From: the human T2T-CHM13v2.0 reference genome, Homo sapiens
Assembly (NCBI RefSeq): GCF_009914755.1
Contig: NC_060926.1
Reading direction: 5' to 3' (one strand)
Length of the DNA: 64,000 nt
Shown: piece after piece, positions 39,497 to 53,600 of the stretch
Position numbering within the stretch: position 1 is the first letter of the stretch
Layout of the letters: every line of letters starts with the position of its first letter
Notes under the pieces: generated by a model
Told to the model about the DNA's origin: nothing
Seen by the model: the letters and a program-made list of their open reading frames with translations, nothing else
The model's database searches: none
Translations under genes and position numbers: made by a program

Positions 39497-41949
39497 TCAC
39501 CTGCAGCAGTGGCCCTCATCCTAGACCTAGAACCTGCCTTGAAGTCCTCATTGTTGTCCATGGATAGACCGTGTGGGGAGATAAATCAGCATCTAGGGGA
39601 GTGCATGCTCAGACTTTTCACCAGTGGAGGTTTGCTATCAGTGCGTTCGGAGGTCACCGCTTCACAGCCTCCAGCCCCAGGCTGGGCACACAGCGGGGCT
39701 CAGGAAGCTTGCACGGGCTGATGTATGTCTTTGTGTGAGTGTGCGTCTGTAAGAGATTTTTATGACTAGGCGTTCCTCTCACCTCCCTCATTCAAAGCCC
39801 TCACCCCTCCTTCTCCTCCATCCCCCCCATCAATTTTTCTCTCATTTATTCCCTCCTGCCAGTGGGTGCCCCTGCCTGACCCTCATTAACTCAAAGTGTA
39901 AAAACCATTTGTCTGCAGCCCCCTTTCCTCCCTCCTCCCCCAGCTGGGGCTGGGGCATGGCCCTTCTTTCCTCCCATAGAAGCTCAGACCTCTGTGGTTT
40001 ATGAGCGAGACCCTAATCTGGGAGGCCCCATAGAACAGGCAGGACTCGTTAGGGGATGGCCTCAGGGCTGCTCAGAAGACCTATAAAAAGTGAGTGATGC
40101 CCCTGGGGAGCCCAGATCCTCTGTTATTCCTCAGAAGTTGGCAGAGCACCGCACACCTCTAAGGGCCCCGTCTTGAAGGACAATGATGTAGGTGTCACCC
40201 TCCCAACCCAGGGCTGTGTTGGACACGACTTCACAGCCATATGTGGATGGACGGTTCTTGGCTCTCCATCCCTGCCCGATCCTCCAGGGTAGCTCCTGCC
40301 CCAAGGATCTCTGACCCCAACCTTCTCATCTGGGGAGGGCAATTGTTCATTCCTCAGCCCCAAAGGAAGGGGACTTGGACAGGGAGGAAGGAGGGCAAAT
40401 TGGACCTGAGAGTACACTAGCTAATACATGCTTAGAACTGGATAGGAGTGTTTGTAGTATGTCAAGGAGGCGATGGATCAGGATGGGTGGCTGAGGAGTG
40501 GGCCCAGAAGACTTGGGTGGCAACACTGGAGATTATGAGGACTGCAGACTGTCCTTAAACGCGGAGAGAGCTTCCCAGAGTGGGGATGCTAAACTGCCAC
40601 TCAAAGGCAGGTGGCTTCTCCAACAGATCTCCAGGTTGGAGGTGAACCCCAGGGCAGGGGACCCAGGTCCTCCTCTGCTTCAGTCTTAGCTGGCTGCCAG
40701 AGGGGCTGGTTGTCTGCCCACCAGAGCAGAGAGAGGTGAGTGGGCTGGGGACATTCCTGCCCTCCCCAACCCGCCCCATGCTACTCCCTCTGGCAGCAGA
40801 CCAGAGGAATCCAGGAGCCAGAGGTGGACCCGGGGCTTGTGGCTAGGATCCCTGCCTGGCCCTGTGCAAGAAGGCATTGAGTTTTCATTCCTCAGGGGAG
40901 CTACAAATTTCCTGACGAGCGTGGTTGGGTTTATGTAACGTAAACACCTCAGCACACAGTGTTCCACCTGCAGGGGGGACAGGTGGGGGCCTCAAGTGCT
41001 GGCTGCTGGAGGTAAGAACTGAGGAAAAGCTGGCCTCACCCGGGAGCCAGGTAGGAGCCACCTAACCGGTGTGCCAGCCAGGCTGGTGCAGAGTCTGAAA
41101 GTCACCCATCAGTGTTCATTCACTGGCTTCAGCAACGACCTCTCCCGGATAAGGGTCACTGAGCAGATCTCCCCACCTCAGGGCAGGCGAGATGAGACCC
41201 TGTACGCCTCCCTCTGCTTTCTCCATTCTCAGACTCTGATGGCCCAGGGCATCCCCAGGAACCCCGGGGGAGGCGGTGGGGGGAGGCGGGGGAGGGGGAG
41301 GTGGGGCTTGACCAGGAATGGCTGGGGAAGGGCTTCAGGAATCTCCACTTCTGTTCTGAGCTGACATTGTTCACAAGGCAGGGACAGAAGTGAGTGTCAG
41401 GGGCAGAGCCGGGGAGAAATGTGACGGCCCTGGTGGGGCCCCTTCCGGGGATGCTCTGACTCGCTCCTTGGTCTGAGGCCCGCCTGACCTGGTGCTGCAT
41501 GGGGGCTGCCTGGGTGGCCCTCCGCTGGTCTGGGCTGTCCCTAGGCTGGGACTAGGCCCTGGGTGGCTGCACTGGGATTCACTCAAAGCCACCGCTGACC
41601 TGTCTCCCGGTCTGCCAGGGTAAAAATAGATGTTTCCACTGCGGCCACCTCCGCAGCATCAACTTTCTCCTACTTGAGCCCCTGCCAGTGCTCGGCTCAG
41701 GGACTGGAGCATGAATTACAGGGCTGAGCTTGGCGTCGGGGCCTGGCGTCAGGGCCCTGCTGTGGAGCCAGGCTGCTCATGAATGCCCTATTGTTTGGGG
41801 AAGTGACCCTGTGTGTCCCTCCTCGGGGCCTGGGGCCTGCCCTGCTCACCTCCAGGCCTCTTCCCATTCCCTTTGGCTTTGTGCCCGCCTGGCCTCTGAG
41901 TTCCTCACCTGCCGCCTCATCTTACAGGGGAGGCACAGTCCCTTCCATA

Positions 41950-42120
41950 CAGGGCCAGCTCTACGGGCATGTGACTTATGCAGTCACACAGGGCTCCACG
42001 CTCAGAAGGGCCCCACGCTTGGCTTAATGCCCTACTATCACCACCTTGACTTTCCCAATAATTTTGGAAAAAGGCACATTTGTATTGTACTTGGCCCTAT
42101 GAATTACGTAGGTGGGCCTG
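41950..42120 (+). mobile_element. MER91A-like hAT-Tip100 element
   Basis: cagggccagc...gcagtcacacagggctccacgctcagaagggccccacgcttggcttaatgc...ggcctg. Confidence 0.8.
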
Positions 42121-45100
42121 CTCTATTAGGAACCACTAGTCTGATGAGGGAGCCACGGCCTCTGCCTCTGCAGAGCCCCAGGTCTGATGTGAGAGCATCT
42201 GCTGTCCTTCGGGGAGCCCTTAGATTGGAGAAAAAGGCATGGCTGCCCTTAGAATGCACACTGATGGGGCACACATTGCCTTTGCCCCTTGCGAGCCCCC
42301 AGGCCTATGTAGGAGACCCCATCTGTGCTCTCAGAGAGCCTCAGGTCTGATGGGGAGATACAGCCCCTGCACTTGGAGAGCTCAGATGTTGGTAGGGAAA
42401 GCATGGCCATTGCCATTGGCAAACGTGTATTCTGATGGGGAAGACAGAGCCTTTACCGAGCCCACAGTCAAATGGTGGAGATACTGGCCCTGCCCTTGGG
42501 GGCCCTTAGGACCCATGGCAAAGACCAGATAGACACACATGCACATGTGTATAGCAGGGTTAGTCCCTGCTGAGACTCGAGGCCATTAAGGGTATGGGGG
42601 AGTTTGACCAAGGGCAGAGCATAGGGCCCTGGGTAGACACAGACCGCTATGAGTGAGCTGCCAAGGAGGAAGAGCTGGGGCCAGGCCCTGGCAGGAGAGG
42701 AAGGCCGGCATCTGGGTCCTGTGGGGGTGCACGCTGGCTTGTGATGGGGTCCTGGGAGGATCAGAAGGACTTTTCAGAGGACCCAGGGAGCATGGTAGAG
42801 CTTGGATGCTCCTGAAGGTGTCAGCCCCAGAATAGCAGAGGCTGGTGTTTTCCTGGCAGAGCAGCATGTGGGCTGGGGCCCTGCCTGCCCGGGGCTGGGG
42901 TGCAGCTTGCAGTGGAGGCTGGGAGCGCAGCAGGCCCAGAGGACTAGGACCCTTGCGTGAACTCCTATGACCCACTGAACTCCCTGGGAGTGGGTGGGTA
43001 TGAGGGGGCCTCACTAGGGTCCTGTGAAGGGGAAAGTGATTGGTGACTGGATGCAGGGCCAGCTGCCTCCCCAGCCACAGGGGGAGCAAGTGGCATGGCA
43101 GCAGCTCCTCTGGAAGCCTTGAGGGCCAAGGGACCCTGGATCACAGGGGGCAGTTCCCCATGAAGGGAGGCTTCCTGGAGGAGGTGGCAGGAGGGTCGGA
43201 GCTCTGAGAATGTCTCTGTCTGTCCATCAGCCTGCCTATTCTTCAGGGTGCACATTGTCCTCTCAAGGCTGCTAGTATGAAAGGACTCCCAAGAGGTGCC
43301 CACATTAGAGATGGTGAGGAGCGGTCTCTCTGGTAGGTGACGGGCTCCCCTGCCCTGTGAGGAGCTACAGTGCAAAGGTGAGTGGCAGGCAAGGCGGAGC
43401 CCTGGAGCCAGCTCCCCCTGCATGAGTGTGAGGATTCTGCCGTGGGGCCGACTCTCCTTCATCCAGAGCCCGGCTGTGGCCGCTGACTTGCCTCTTATAC
43501 CTCTCTTTGGCCTGGCAAGGGGGGCCAGGAGTTGGAACCCCAGGTCAGAGCAGCCAAGGCTTGCAGAAGCATCTCAGGGTCTTTCCCATGTAGAATCCTG
43601 GGCGGCATCTTGAGAGACCCCTGTGTGGTCTGTGAGAAGCAAATTAAATCATAGTCAGGGGCCACGGCCACTGTGCTGCTCTGCCCCTGGAAAGGGCTGG
43701 GGGCCACAGCCTACCCTGAGCTGGCCTCAGCCAGTCCACCAAACACCCGATCCCCAGTGAAGGCTGGGAGAGAGATGCCTGGGGAAGTGGTTGGACCTCA
43801 TGCTTGGTAGTGGCCATGGGGCTTGTTTGATCTCGACTGTGAGGCTCAGAGTGTGCAGGGAACTCTCCATGGGGCGAAGGAAGAGTCCTTTCACCAGGAA
43901 TTTGGAGACCAGGGGCTGTTGAGGAGGAGAGAAGGGAGGAGGGAGAGATGGTGGAGAGAATGCTCTTGGGGACCAGGGTGAGGGCTCGGTCTGGGGCTGG
44001 GAAAAGACTTTTTAACCTTTGCAGAATGACTGTATGCATCCAGGTGAGGTAGAACTGGGGACCTCTGCCATCGAGTCCACCCAGGCCTGCCTTCTCAGCA
44101 GACATTGTCCCTTAATCAGGCACCCCGGGCACTGTTCCTGCCTGGCTCAAGACCCAGCTCTGTTGGTGTTATGCTCACTGTGCATGATGTAGCAGTGAGC
44201 TCCAAGATGCCAAGCCCTTCCTCAGGATCCCTGCCATCGTGGCCACAGCAGCTGAGTTGGGGGATGTGTGGCAGAACAGGGGAGGATGGAGGACGGCAGC
44301 GGGGGCCTTGCTGCTACACTCCCTGTCCTTGCCTGCCCCTCGGAATGGCACCTCTGCAGGTCAGGCAGCAGAAGGGAAGGCAGTCAGACACCAAGGGGGA
44401 CTTCTGGATGGCCCCACTTGGTAATGCATCCTGCACCAGAAATCCAGGCATGTGTGGGGTTTCTCCTTCCTGGAAATTGAGGGCAAAGACACCCCCAGGT
44501 CCACATCTAGAGCTGGGTGGACCACGTGCCAACCTTCTCGGGGGAGGAGGAGCTCTTCCCTTTCTTCCCCCAACCTGGGTGCTGACTTCAGGGATCAGCT
44601 CAATCCCCCACAGCTGTGTTTGCCTTCTCTGTCCTGGAAGAGCAGTTTCTGCATACACCTTTCAGCCCTAGCCCTCAGATCCTTCCATATGGGGAGATGG
44701 CAGGGCCCCCACCCAGTTGATCCAGTCCACCTGTGAGGCCAGAGGCGGTGGGAGCCTGCCTGGGCCCGCACAGCCACACGGCGGGGAGCAGAAGGCAGAG
44801 CTCCACTCTTTCTCTTGCCGCCCACTTGCATGAGTGTGATTACTTCATTCATTTATTCAATCAGCCAGTATGTGCTGAGTGTGTGCTGAGCCCAGAAGGC
44901 TATGCCAGGAGCTGATAAATAAGACTGCCCCTGCCCTTGGGGAGGCAGGAAGATCTGGGCAAGCACGTGTCCCTGTGCCCTGCGGGGTGACAGAGACTGT
45001 TTCTGGGACAGGGAGGATGATCTGTCCTGCTGGAGGGTGGGATGTCCCTAGGAAGACGCCTGCCCTGAGACCTGTGGGATGAGGAGGATGGGATCAGGCT

Positions 45101-47479
45101 GTCCTGGTGAGGCAGCTGAGGCTGAGGGCCGAGGAGCTGTGGGTTGGTTGCAGGGACCCTGGTATCTGGCTCTCTCCTAGGACCCTGCTTTCCCTCTAGG
45201 TCTGTGGATCTGACCTCTGCATGACCTCCCCTCCCACTCACCTCAAGACTGAGGCGCCTCTCAGTCACCCCCTTTTCTTTGCCTTCTCCTCCCCTCCCTG
45301 TCACCTCCACTCCAGAAAGCAGCTTTCATTTTCCCCACCTGCCTCTCTCCTCTCATCCCCCAGCATCTGTTGGGGAAATTGGGCCATTTGAAGAATAAAG
45401 GAGAAGGCAGGAGAGAGGAAACTCCCGTCTCAGGGCCCAGCCCACAGCTGGGGTGAAAACCTGTTCCTCGTTAACACCCTGAGTCAGGGACCAGAATTGG
45501 GGGCGTCGTGCTCCCCAGCCTCCCTCAGGGACCAGGAGGGGAAAGGCATGCTGGGAGACGTTAGCTGCAGTGATTGGGAGCAGATGGGAAGGGGTGGTGA
45601 GGGGCAGCGACACTGGGAGGAAGCCTGTGGGGGTGGGAGGGAGCATGTGTGGAGGAGCCTGGGAAGACCCTCACTGGACCTCTGGGGTCCTGAGCCCATT
45701 ATCTGGAAACAGGTCTTCCACAGGGCATCTTTCCATCCAGACTGAAGGGAATTCCAGGTTTAGGGTATGCAGAGGTCTTCGGGAGGGTGGAACCAAGAGC
45801 CAGGTCTCTCTCGGGGCGTGTGTGCCAGTGGAAGCTCCTGTCTGTGGACACTGGGGGCCACACTGCCCTGGCCCACACCTGAGCCCTCGAGGGTCCGAAG
45901 ATCCCTGTCCGGGACCCTGGCGGGGGTGAGGTGAGGATGGAGCATACGTTTGGATCTGGACTGTGTACGAGGAAGCCGGGGTCTGCTGGCCCAGAGCAGG
46001 AGGGGGACACGAAGCCTGCAGGGAGTGAGGTGGGAGTCCAACAGAGGGGACATTCTTTAGGGCACTGCTGGCTGGTGACCAGCATTAGAGGTGTGACGGT
46101 GGTGGTGACAGTGATGTGGAGGATTGAGGTGGCGGTGACAGTGCTGACAATGACCGTGTGACAGCGGGATGCGGTGATAGTGGTAGAGACATGTCCTTGC
46201 TTGGCCCACTTTCATGGGGTTCAGGGGGTATCAGGTTGGTGACCCTCCTCAGCTTCCTCTTCAGCACTCCCCGTCCACCCATCTCCAGCCCTCAGAAACA
46301 CCATAGGGAAGTGGCCGCAGTTGGAGATCTTAATTTAGAAGCTGTGGAGTTCTGAGTCACAGCAAAGGCAGACCTGGCCCCTGTCCCCATGGGACTCGGT
46401 TGAGTGCAGCCCCCACCTGAGTGTCTGTCCTGGAAACAGGTGTGGGCTGAATTGGGCTAGGCCTGGAGAATTTCACTGGCCCAGGTCCTACTCTTCACCC
46501 CTGCCTCTCTCCTCAGCCCAGAGCCCATTGTCTCTGCAGAGATTAGTGACATGGTGTCAAAATCCCCAGCCATTTTAGAATCCATACGATTGAGGTCCTG
46601 AAGGAAGAGGCAGGGCTGGGAATGTAGGGTCAGGACCATATTTGTGTTCCCCCTTGGCCCCAGCTCCTCAGCCAAGCACTCCTCCTACCCCACCGAACCC
46701 AGGCTCAGGCAGGCCCCTGGTCTACACTTCCTGCTCCACGTGGCTTGGACCCAGATTCCTCCTCCAATCTTTTAATTAGATCCTGCACTCATTAGCTGCC
46801 CGAATGCCTTCCAGACACTCACAGCTGCTCTGGCCCTCCCCACACCTGCCCATCCAGCTGGGCCTCCCCACACCTGGAAGACATCGAAGCCTCCAGCCAG
46901 GGCCCCCAAATAGCAGCCCCTCCCTGTGGCCTCTAACAGCAGGGGCCAGAAGAGACACAGAACCTTCCTCTGAGGGCGGTGGGGGCTGCAGGAGAGGTGC
47001 CTCCCCAGCCCTGGCCATGTTGGCCCTTGCAGGGAAGGCTGGGAAGTGAGTTGTGGCCACAGCACAGGAGACAAGAAGTCAGATGCCCCCTTTGACCATG
47101 GCCAGAAGAGCCAGTGTCTCCCTATGCCTAGGCCCTCCCTGCAGGACCTCACTTGAGAGAACCTGCTCAGGGCTTAGAGTGTTTGCCATCTGTGTGTGGG
47201 GAGAGGACAAGAAAGGTCTGTGAGGGAAATCAGAGAGCTCAAAAAGAGGGCTGGAAGAAGCTGTGGCTTTAATCTTAGTAGTCTTTCCCGATGAGGGGCA
47301 ATTCCTAGAGGATTTGCCAGCCCAAATCATCATTCAGTGAGTGTCAGAGGGTTCACATCCAAGGTCTTGACCCAGTCTTGAACTCTCTTGTCTCTAGTGG
47401 CTGTCCTCTTTCCTGGTCCACTGAGTTGCACCAACTCCTGGGCACCAGTCACGTGGACTCAAGTGAATGAATTAATTGA

Positions 47480-47690
47480 ACACTCACGTATGAGGAGTGC
47501 TTATGAGGAGACAGGAACTGTTATAAGTGGTTGCAAATATCGTCACTTAATCCTCACACTAACCCTATGAGATAGGTACTATTACTGTCCCCCTTCCACA
47601 GATGAGAAACAGAATAGTTGAATGGCTTGCACAAGTTCACGTGAGTTATAAGAGGCTGGCAGTGACAGGATCCCAATTCCTGTCATCTCT
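47480..47690 (-). mobile_element. MIR
   Basis: cttaatcctcacactaaccctatgagataggtactattactgtccc...acagatgagaaac. Confidence 0.75.
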
Positions 47691-48475
47691 GCTCTCTGTC
47701 CTTGTGCCTGATTGCCTCGTTAGAATACACACTGTGCATGCTACTCCCTGGAGTGGGGCAATAGTGGCCCTGGGGCCTTTCCCTCCAGGAACCAATAGGT
47801 GCTGGAATTACTGTCACCCCTCCTGGGGGAGATGGGAGATCCTGGTTGCATGGCCAGGGCCAGGCAAGGCAGTTTATTTCTTGCATACTCAGTGTGTAGC
47901 GTAAAATGGGAAAACTGTGCTTGGAACTGAGCATTACATAGAGAATGACAGGGCCTCCATATTACAGTTCCAATCCCTGCCTGGAAGGATAGAAGTATCC
48001 ACTGCAGCTCAGCACCTCTGCTCCCCCAAACCCTAGGATATTTTTTGAGTTTTAGATCTTTTTCACTAAGTGAAATGTCTGAGGACCCCAATTTATTAAA
48101 ACAGGTAAAAGCAGACCTGAGCTGGGTTAGGTCTGGTTTGGATGGGAGTGATGGTGAGGAGGCTGATGCTGGGGTACCCGGCCCCTTTGGGCACCCCCAA
48201 ATACCTTAAGCCTGGGGACTCCCCACACTGGGGAGTCATTGTCCTGAGGGGACCAACTAAGCATCTTTCAGGGGGCAGATGGTGGCCTGGTTGATGTCCC
48301 AGCTAGTCTCTCTTGAGCCTGACTTAGGCCACTCTCCTTTGTCTCATGTGATGACAATTCTGAGCTGAGTGAGTTGGCCTGGGGAGAACACATGGAGGTG
48401 ACAGCATTGAGCTGGGGTTCACTCATATGCGGGGAGCAGAGGAGCAGAGCAGAGAGAGCCCCCCTAGCCATCCTA

Positions 48476-48478
<3 letters not shown>

Positions 48479-48518
<40 letters not shown>
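48479..48518 (+). repeat. (GT)20 microsatellite
   Basis: Perfect GT run. Confidence 0.97.
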
Positions 48519-48521
<3 letters not shown>

Positions 48522-49228
48522 CTTAAAGAGTTTTTCCACCTGCCCTCCACCCCTCACTGTGTTTCCCCAGCAAGACTTTGGGAGGGGCTGGTTGCCAGGA
48601 CCAACTCTAAATGTCAAGGCCTGGAAAATCCAACTTGGGGCCATACATTCCTACCCCAGGTGGCAAGATCATAGGGGCAGAGACTGGGGCAGGATGGTGA
48701 AGTTAGCCTCCTCACCCCCTCCGTGTTCTACCACTGCAGAATAACTCTGTGGCTAGTCTGGCCCCTAGGCATCCCAGATCCAAGCTCCTCCTTGGCCATC
48801 GCACACGTCTTGGCCAACTCAGGCCGTATCATGCCCCTGCCGCTCATGAACCTACAATAGCTCTCTATTCTCTAACTGTGCCAATATTAGGTCCTCAGCC
48901 TAGCACCTAAGTTCCTGCCATGAGCTGATCTCACCAGTTTCATGTAGTCACTTCTGTACCCCCTTCTAGAATCAACCTTCTCTGAGAAACCTTTGAGAAC
49001 ACTAGTGTTTCTTAATACATGGTCTTGTGCCTGGGAAGATGAGCTGTCTATTCATCATGAGTGGGTATATCATATCTGTACACAACTGGATTGAAACCTC
49101 TGGAGAGTTGAGGATGTTGTCTTCTGATTCAATTGGAGCTGAGTTTGGATTTTGTGTGCCCGGCTCTGCACAGTTGTGTAACTTTGGGTCACTTCTTGCT
49201 ATCTATAATCTATGATTAGTAGACAAGC

Positions 49229-49622
49229 GTGTTAGTCTGTTCAGGCTAACATAACAGAATACCACAGGCTGGTTGGCTAAAACAACAGAAATTTATTTCT
49301 CATAGTTCTGGAGTCCAGAAATCCAAAATCGAGGTGCTGTCAGGGTTGGTTTTTGGTGGGTCTTTCTTCCTGGCTATTAGACAGCTGCCTTCTTGCCGTG
49401 TCTTCACATGGCCTTTCCTCGGTGTGTGCACTCAGAGAGAAAGAGAGCTCTGGTGTCTCCTTCTCTTACAAGGACATCAGTCCTATGGAATCAGGGCCCC
49501 ACCCTGCCCTTCATTTAACCTTAATTACTGTCTTAAAGGCCCTATCTCCAAATAGTCACATTGGGTGTTAGAACTTCAGCATATAAATTCTGGTGGTGGA
49601 GGGCACAATTCAGTCTATAACA
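49229..49622 (-). mobile_element. MLT1A/B solo LTR
   Basis: tgttagtctgttcaggct...aacaacagaaatttatttctcatagttctggag...ggccctatctccaaatagtcaca...caattcagtctataaca. Confidence 0.85.
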
Positions 49623-50067
49623 ATGGTTTAAAAATGAAGGAAAAGAAAAGACTTCCATGGTTGAGTAAGTTTGGGAAAGGATGAATTCAAACAAATCGAA
49701 CAGGATTCTTGACTGCAGGTCTTCTCAGAACCTTTCACTGTGAATGACTGGAGGAGATAAATAACATGCTGTGTGTTTCTCAAACACATTTTGCCTTGGA
49801 ATTCACTTCTGGTTGATCATCTTGCAGAGCCAGTGTTTTCTGGAGCTCTGTTTGGGACCTGCTGCCCTAATCAATTCCTGCATAATTTTTTCTAACTTGA
49901 GTACCTTACAGACAGGGTCAACATTACTGTTCTCCCCAGAGAATGGGACAGTAACCAGAGAGCTCTTCTTTGTTAATACTAGACCTTGAATGAGTAATCT
50001 CAGTTTGTGATGTTATCAATCCTACTTGTTAGAGTGCTGAGTGAGGGCCCCAGACTTACAGGTTTCT

Positions 50068-50401
<334 letters not shown>

Positions 50402-50664
50402 ACAAATTTCTTCTTTGTGTAAGGTTCCTAATGCTGACTGGCCACTGTACCCTCACTTGGCCCTAAGATCATAGTAGTTGACCTGGATCCCTGGAGGCAG
50501 CTCTTTGCCATCATATGGCACCATGTCTTTGCTGCATTTCAGTTGCAGCCTTGCCTGGAGGCTGAATGATGGACAGCCCTCAGTGGGATAACCCTCCATC
50601 TTCCCCTTTGACTTTTCATGCATGATCCCCAAAACACTTTGCTGAAATTGGTACTGCCCAGGAA

Positions 50665-50842
50665 ATGTGGTCCAGGGCCTTGTTACTCCAGGGTCTGAGG
50701 ACCAGCAGCATTGGTGTCACTTGGGGGCTTGTTAGATGTGCGGAGTCTCAGGTCTCATTCCAGTCCATTTGGGCCAGAATATGCATTTAACAAGCTCCCA
50801 GGTGATTTATTGGCAGGTACATTAAGGTTTGAGAAGTACCAG
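50665..50842. mobile_element. MER5A
   Basis: ggaccagcagcattggtgtcacttgggggcttgttaga...gcatttaacaagctcccaggtgatt...aggtttgagaa. Confidence 0.75.
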
Positions 50843-51848
50843 TCCGGAGTAGTGATTTTTCAGAACCACATGTCCTGACCTATACTGGGTTGTGAAAGCA
50901 ATGTCGTGAGTTACAATCAGTGTTAAAAAAAAAATAAAACAGTAGAATTAAAAATATAGGATCATCAACTTAATAAGGGCAAGTATTTTGGAGGAAAATT
51001 TTGTGTATCCTGGGTTGTGGCATATAATGTGTATCACTTTAAAAAAGGGTTTGAAGTCTAAGGCAAAAGTCTAAGGCACACTCAAGGGTGGGGAGACAGG
51101 GGACTGGCTGTGGTGACCTCTGCCTGGCCCTGCCCACCGCGTCACTTCCACCTGGCCTTTCCCCAGCTGTTCTGGATGTCTAAGGGTTTCCCATCACTGA
51201 CCACACACACCTTGTCCCCACACCCTGTGGCCCAATGCCTGGGCTTTGGGGTGTGGTGGGGGAGAGCTGGAACCAAAAAGAATGACTTTTAAAATAGGTT
51301 CTCCAGGTTTATTTTTTCCCTGGCTCCTTCTCCTCCCTGCCTTTTCAGCTCTTTGCCCTGGGGATTCTTTCTTCTTCCTTTCCTGTTCCAATCTAGATGG
51401 CAAAGCCAAGTGCAGCTCATCGGAGACTCAGTCTCTTTCCCTCCACGTTGTAGATTTTTCTTTCCCAAGATCCCCTCACTCCGTATGGAGAAATCAAAAT
51501 AACCCGACTGACCCCACGCCTGCAGGGCCCTTCCCACCTCTGGCAGTCTGCCATCAGCCCATGTCTGCCAGAAAATTTATCTGATCTTTGAACCTCGCAC
51601 TCGCTTGGAGATAAACGTAGGCTACTGCTAAAGGCATCAGTGCTGTTGTAGAGTTGGGGCAAGTGGAGGTGAACAGGGCAGGGAGAGGGCAGAAGGCTTT
51701 GGGACAGAGGGGCTGGGAGGCAGGCTGCCAACGCTGGGAAGGTGCAGGGAGTGTCTGCAGTCATTTCTCCCTCCCTTCATGTTCATCCCCTGGTTCCAGG
51801 CCAAATAGAAATGCCTGAACATCTACCAGGGACAGTCCTTTTCTGTCG

Positions 51849-51893
<45 letters not shown>
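51849..51893 (+). repeat. (TCA)15 trinucleotide repeat
   Basis: Perfect tca run. Confidence 0.95.
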
Positions 51894-52118
51894 CTACTCT
51901 AGATGATGTAGGGTGATCATATGATCCATTTCCCTCCAACACTTGGAGGTGATACCTGTTCTCTGGGTATACTTAATACTACCCCCCTTTCACTCTCAAG
52001 AGTGCTCCAATTTGGATTTCAAATGATTTCATCCCTGTATATAAGAAAACAAAAGAGCCTGCCAAAGGTCACGAAGCTAACAAGCAGTTCAGCTGGCACC
52101 AGACCCAAACCACATACT

Positions 52119-52538
52119 CCTCCCAAGATGCTTCATGGCCTGCACAAGATGCTGCACAGTCTTCCCAGGATGTGTCACAACCCTCCCAGGATACCCCACG
52201 GCCCTCCCAGGATGTATCATGGCCCTTCCAGGATGCCCTACAGCCCTCCCAGGATGCCTCACAACCCTTCCAGGATGCCTCAAAACCCTCCCAGGATGCC
52301 ACACAGCCTTCCCAGGATGCATCACAATCCTCCCAGGATGCCTCACAGCCTTCCCAGGATGCGTCACAACCCTCCCAGTATGCCTCACTGCCCTCCCAGC
52401 ATGCCTCACAATTCTCCCACGATGCTCCACAACCGTCCAAGGATGCTTCACAGTTCTCCCAGGATGCCTCACAGCCCTCCCAGGATGCCTCACAACCCTC
52501 CCAGGATGCCTCACGGCACTCCCAAGATGTCTCACTTT
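52119..52538 (+). repeat. 21-bp minisatellite, 20 copies, consensus CCTCCCAGGATGCCTCACA(A/G)C
   Basis: 20 units without indels; translates as (PPRMPHN/S)20 or (SQDASQP)n. Confidence 0.95.
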
Positions 52539-53339
52539 CTGCTTCTCCCTCCACCTGGCAGGAAGGATAGTGTAGATCAGTGTGTGAGCCTGTGTGCTGA
52601 GATCCTAGACTCCTTCCAGAACTTGAAAGCTAGCTAGAGGGAGTCAGTTCACCTTCTAAAAATCTCTCCTAGCCTTCAGGGTGGGGTAGGACCCTAAATA
52701 GTTTCTGAAGCCTCTGATTTTCCTTCACGGGTGGGCAGGGCTGAGAGGGAGGGATGCAGGATCTGTTCACTGGTGCTCTTTGGTTTTACCCCTCAGGCTT
52801 GCTCAGAATCCCAACTGTGGGAAGCCTTAACTTCCTGGGGGTAAAAGACACACAGGCTGTTTCTTTCTGTTCTCTGCAAGGGTGTGTGTGGAGGGTGGAG
52901 TGGGGCAGGTGGACCTTGGAGTTAGTGATGATGTTGGGGCGGAGTAGGGGCCGGAGCTAGTACTTTGCATACTGGCGGTCTTGGGGCCTGGGGGCAGGAT
53001 TTTAGCTGCAGGTGGCATATACTGGCAGTAACTGCCCCTTGAACTTGGATTTGGCACTGGGGTAACAACTTTGAGGCACAAGCCCACCCCAAAGGCTTCT
53101 GATATTCCCATTTCTCCAGGCCACCCATGGTCACTGAACTGCTGACAGGCTTCTGGCTCTGTCAAGCCTACTGTCCACAGACAGGGGAGGCCTGGGATCT
53201 TGTCCCACTGAACCCAAGCCCTGAAGCTTTGCTGGGAATCCGCCACATCCGTCCGAGGAGTATGTAGGAAACACAGGTGAGGGCGCACTGGAGGGAGTCT
53301 CTCGCAAGGAGAACACTGCTGCTCAGGGATGGAAGAGCA

Positions 53340-53600
53340 ACATCTAAAACACATACACACACACCCAGATGCACACATATAGACACACCTAGAAACATAA
53401 CACATTCACAAATACCCACATACCTCATGTAGGTCTACATGCATACCAAACATTCACATACATACAGATGCCTTCTACATACTCTCCCATCCATGTTCAT
53501 GGACAGGCATATCCATGCACCCATGGGAACATATAATCATGCACACACTCATATCCACATGCATGTACATCCACATGCATGGATACAATTATTCACACAC
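53340..53600 (+). repeat. Degenerate (CA)/(CATA)-rich simple repeat
   Basis: acacatacacac...catgcacacactcatatccacatgcatg. Confidence 0.7.

Noticed and set aside
40080-40092. TATA-like CTATAAAAAG
   Set aside because: Isolated motif with no CpG island, convincing downstream ORF or exon chain.
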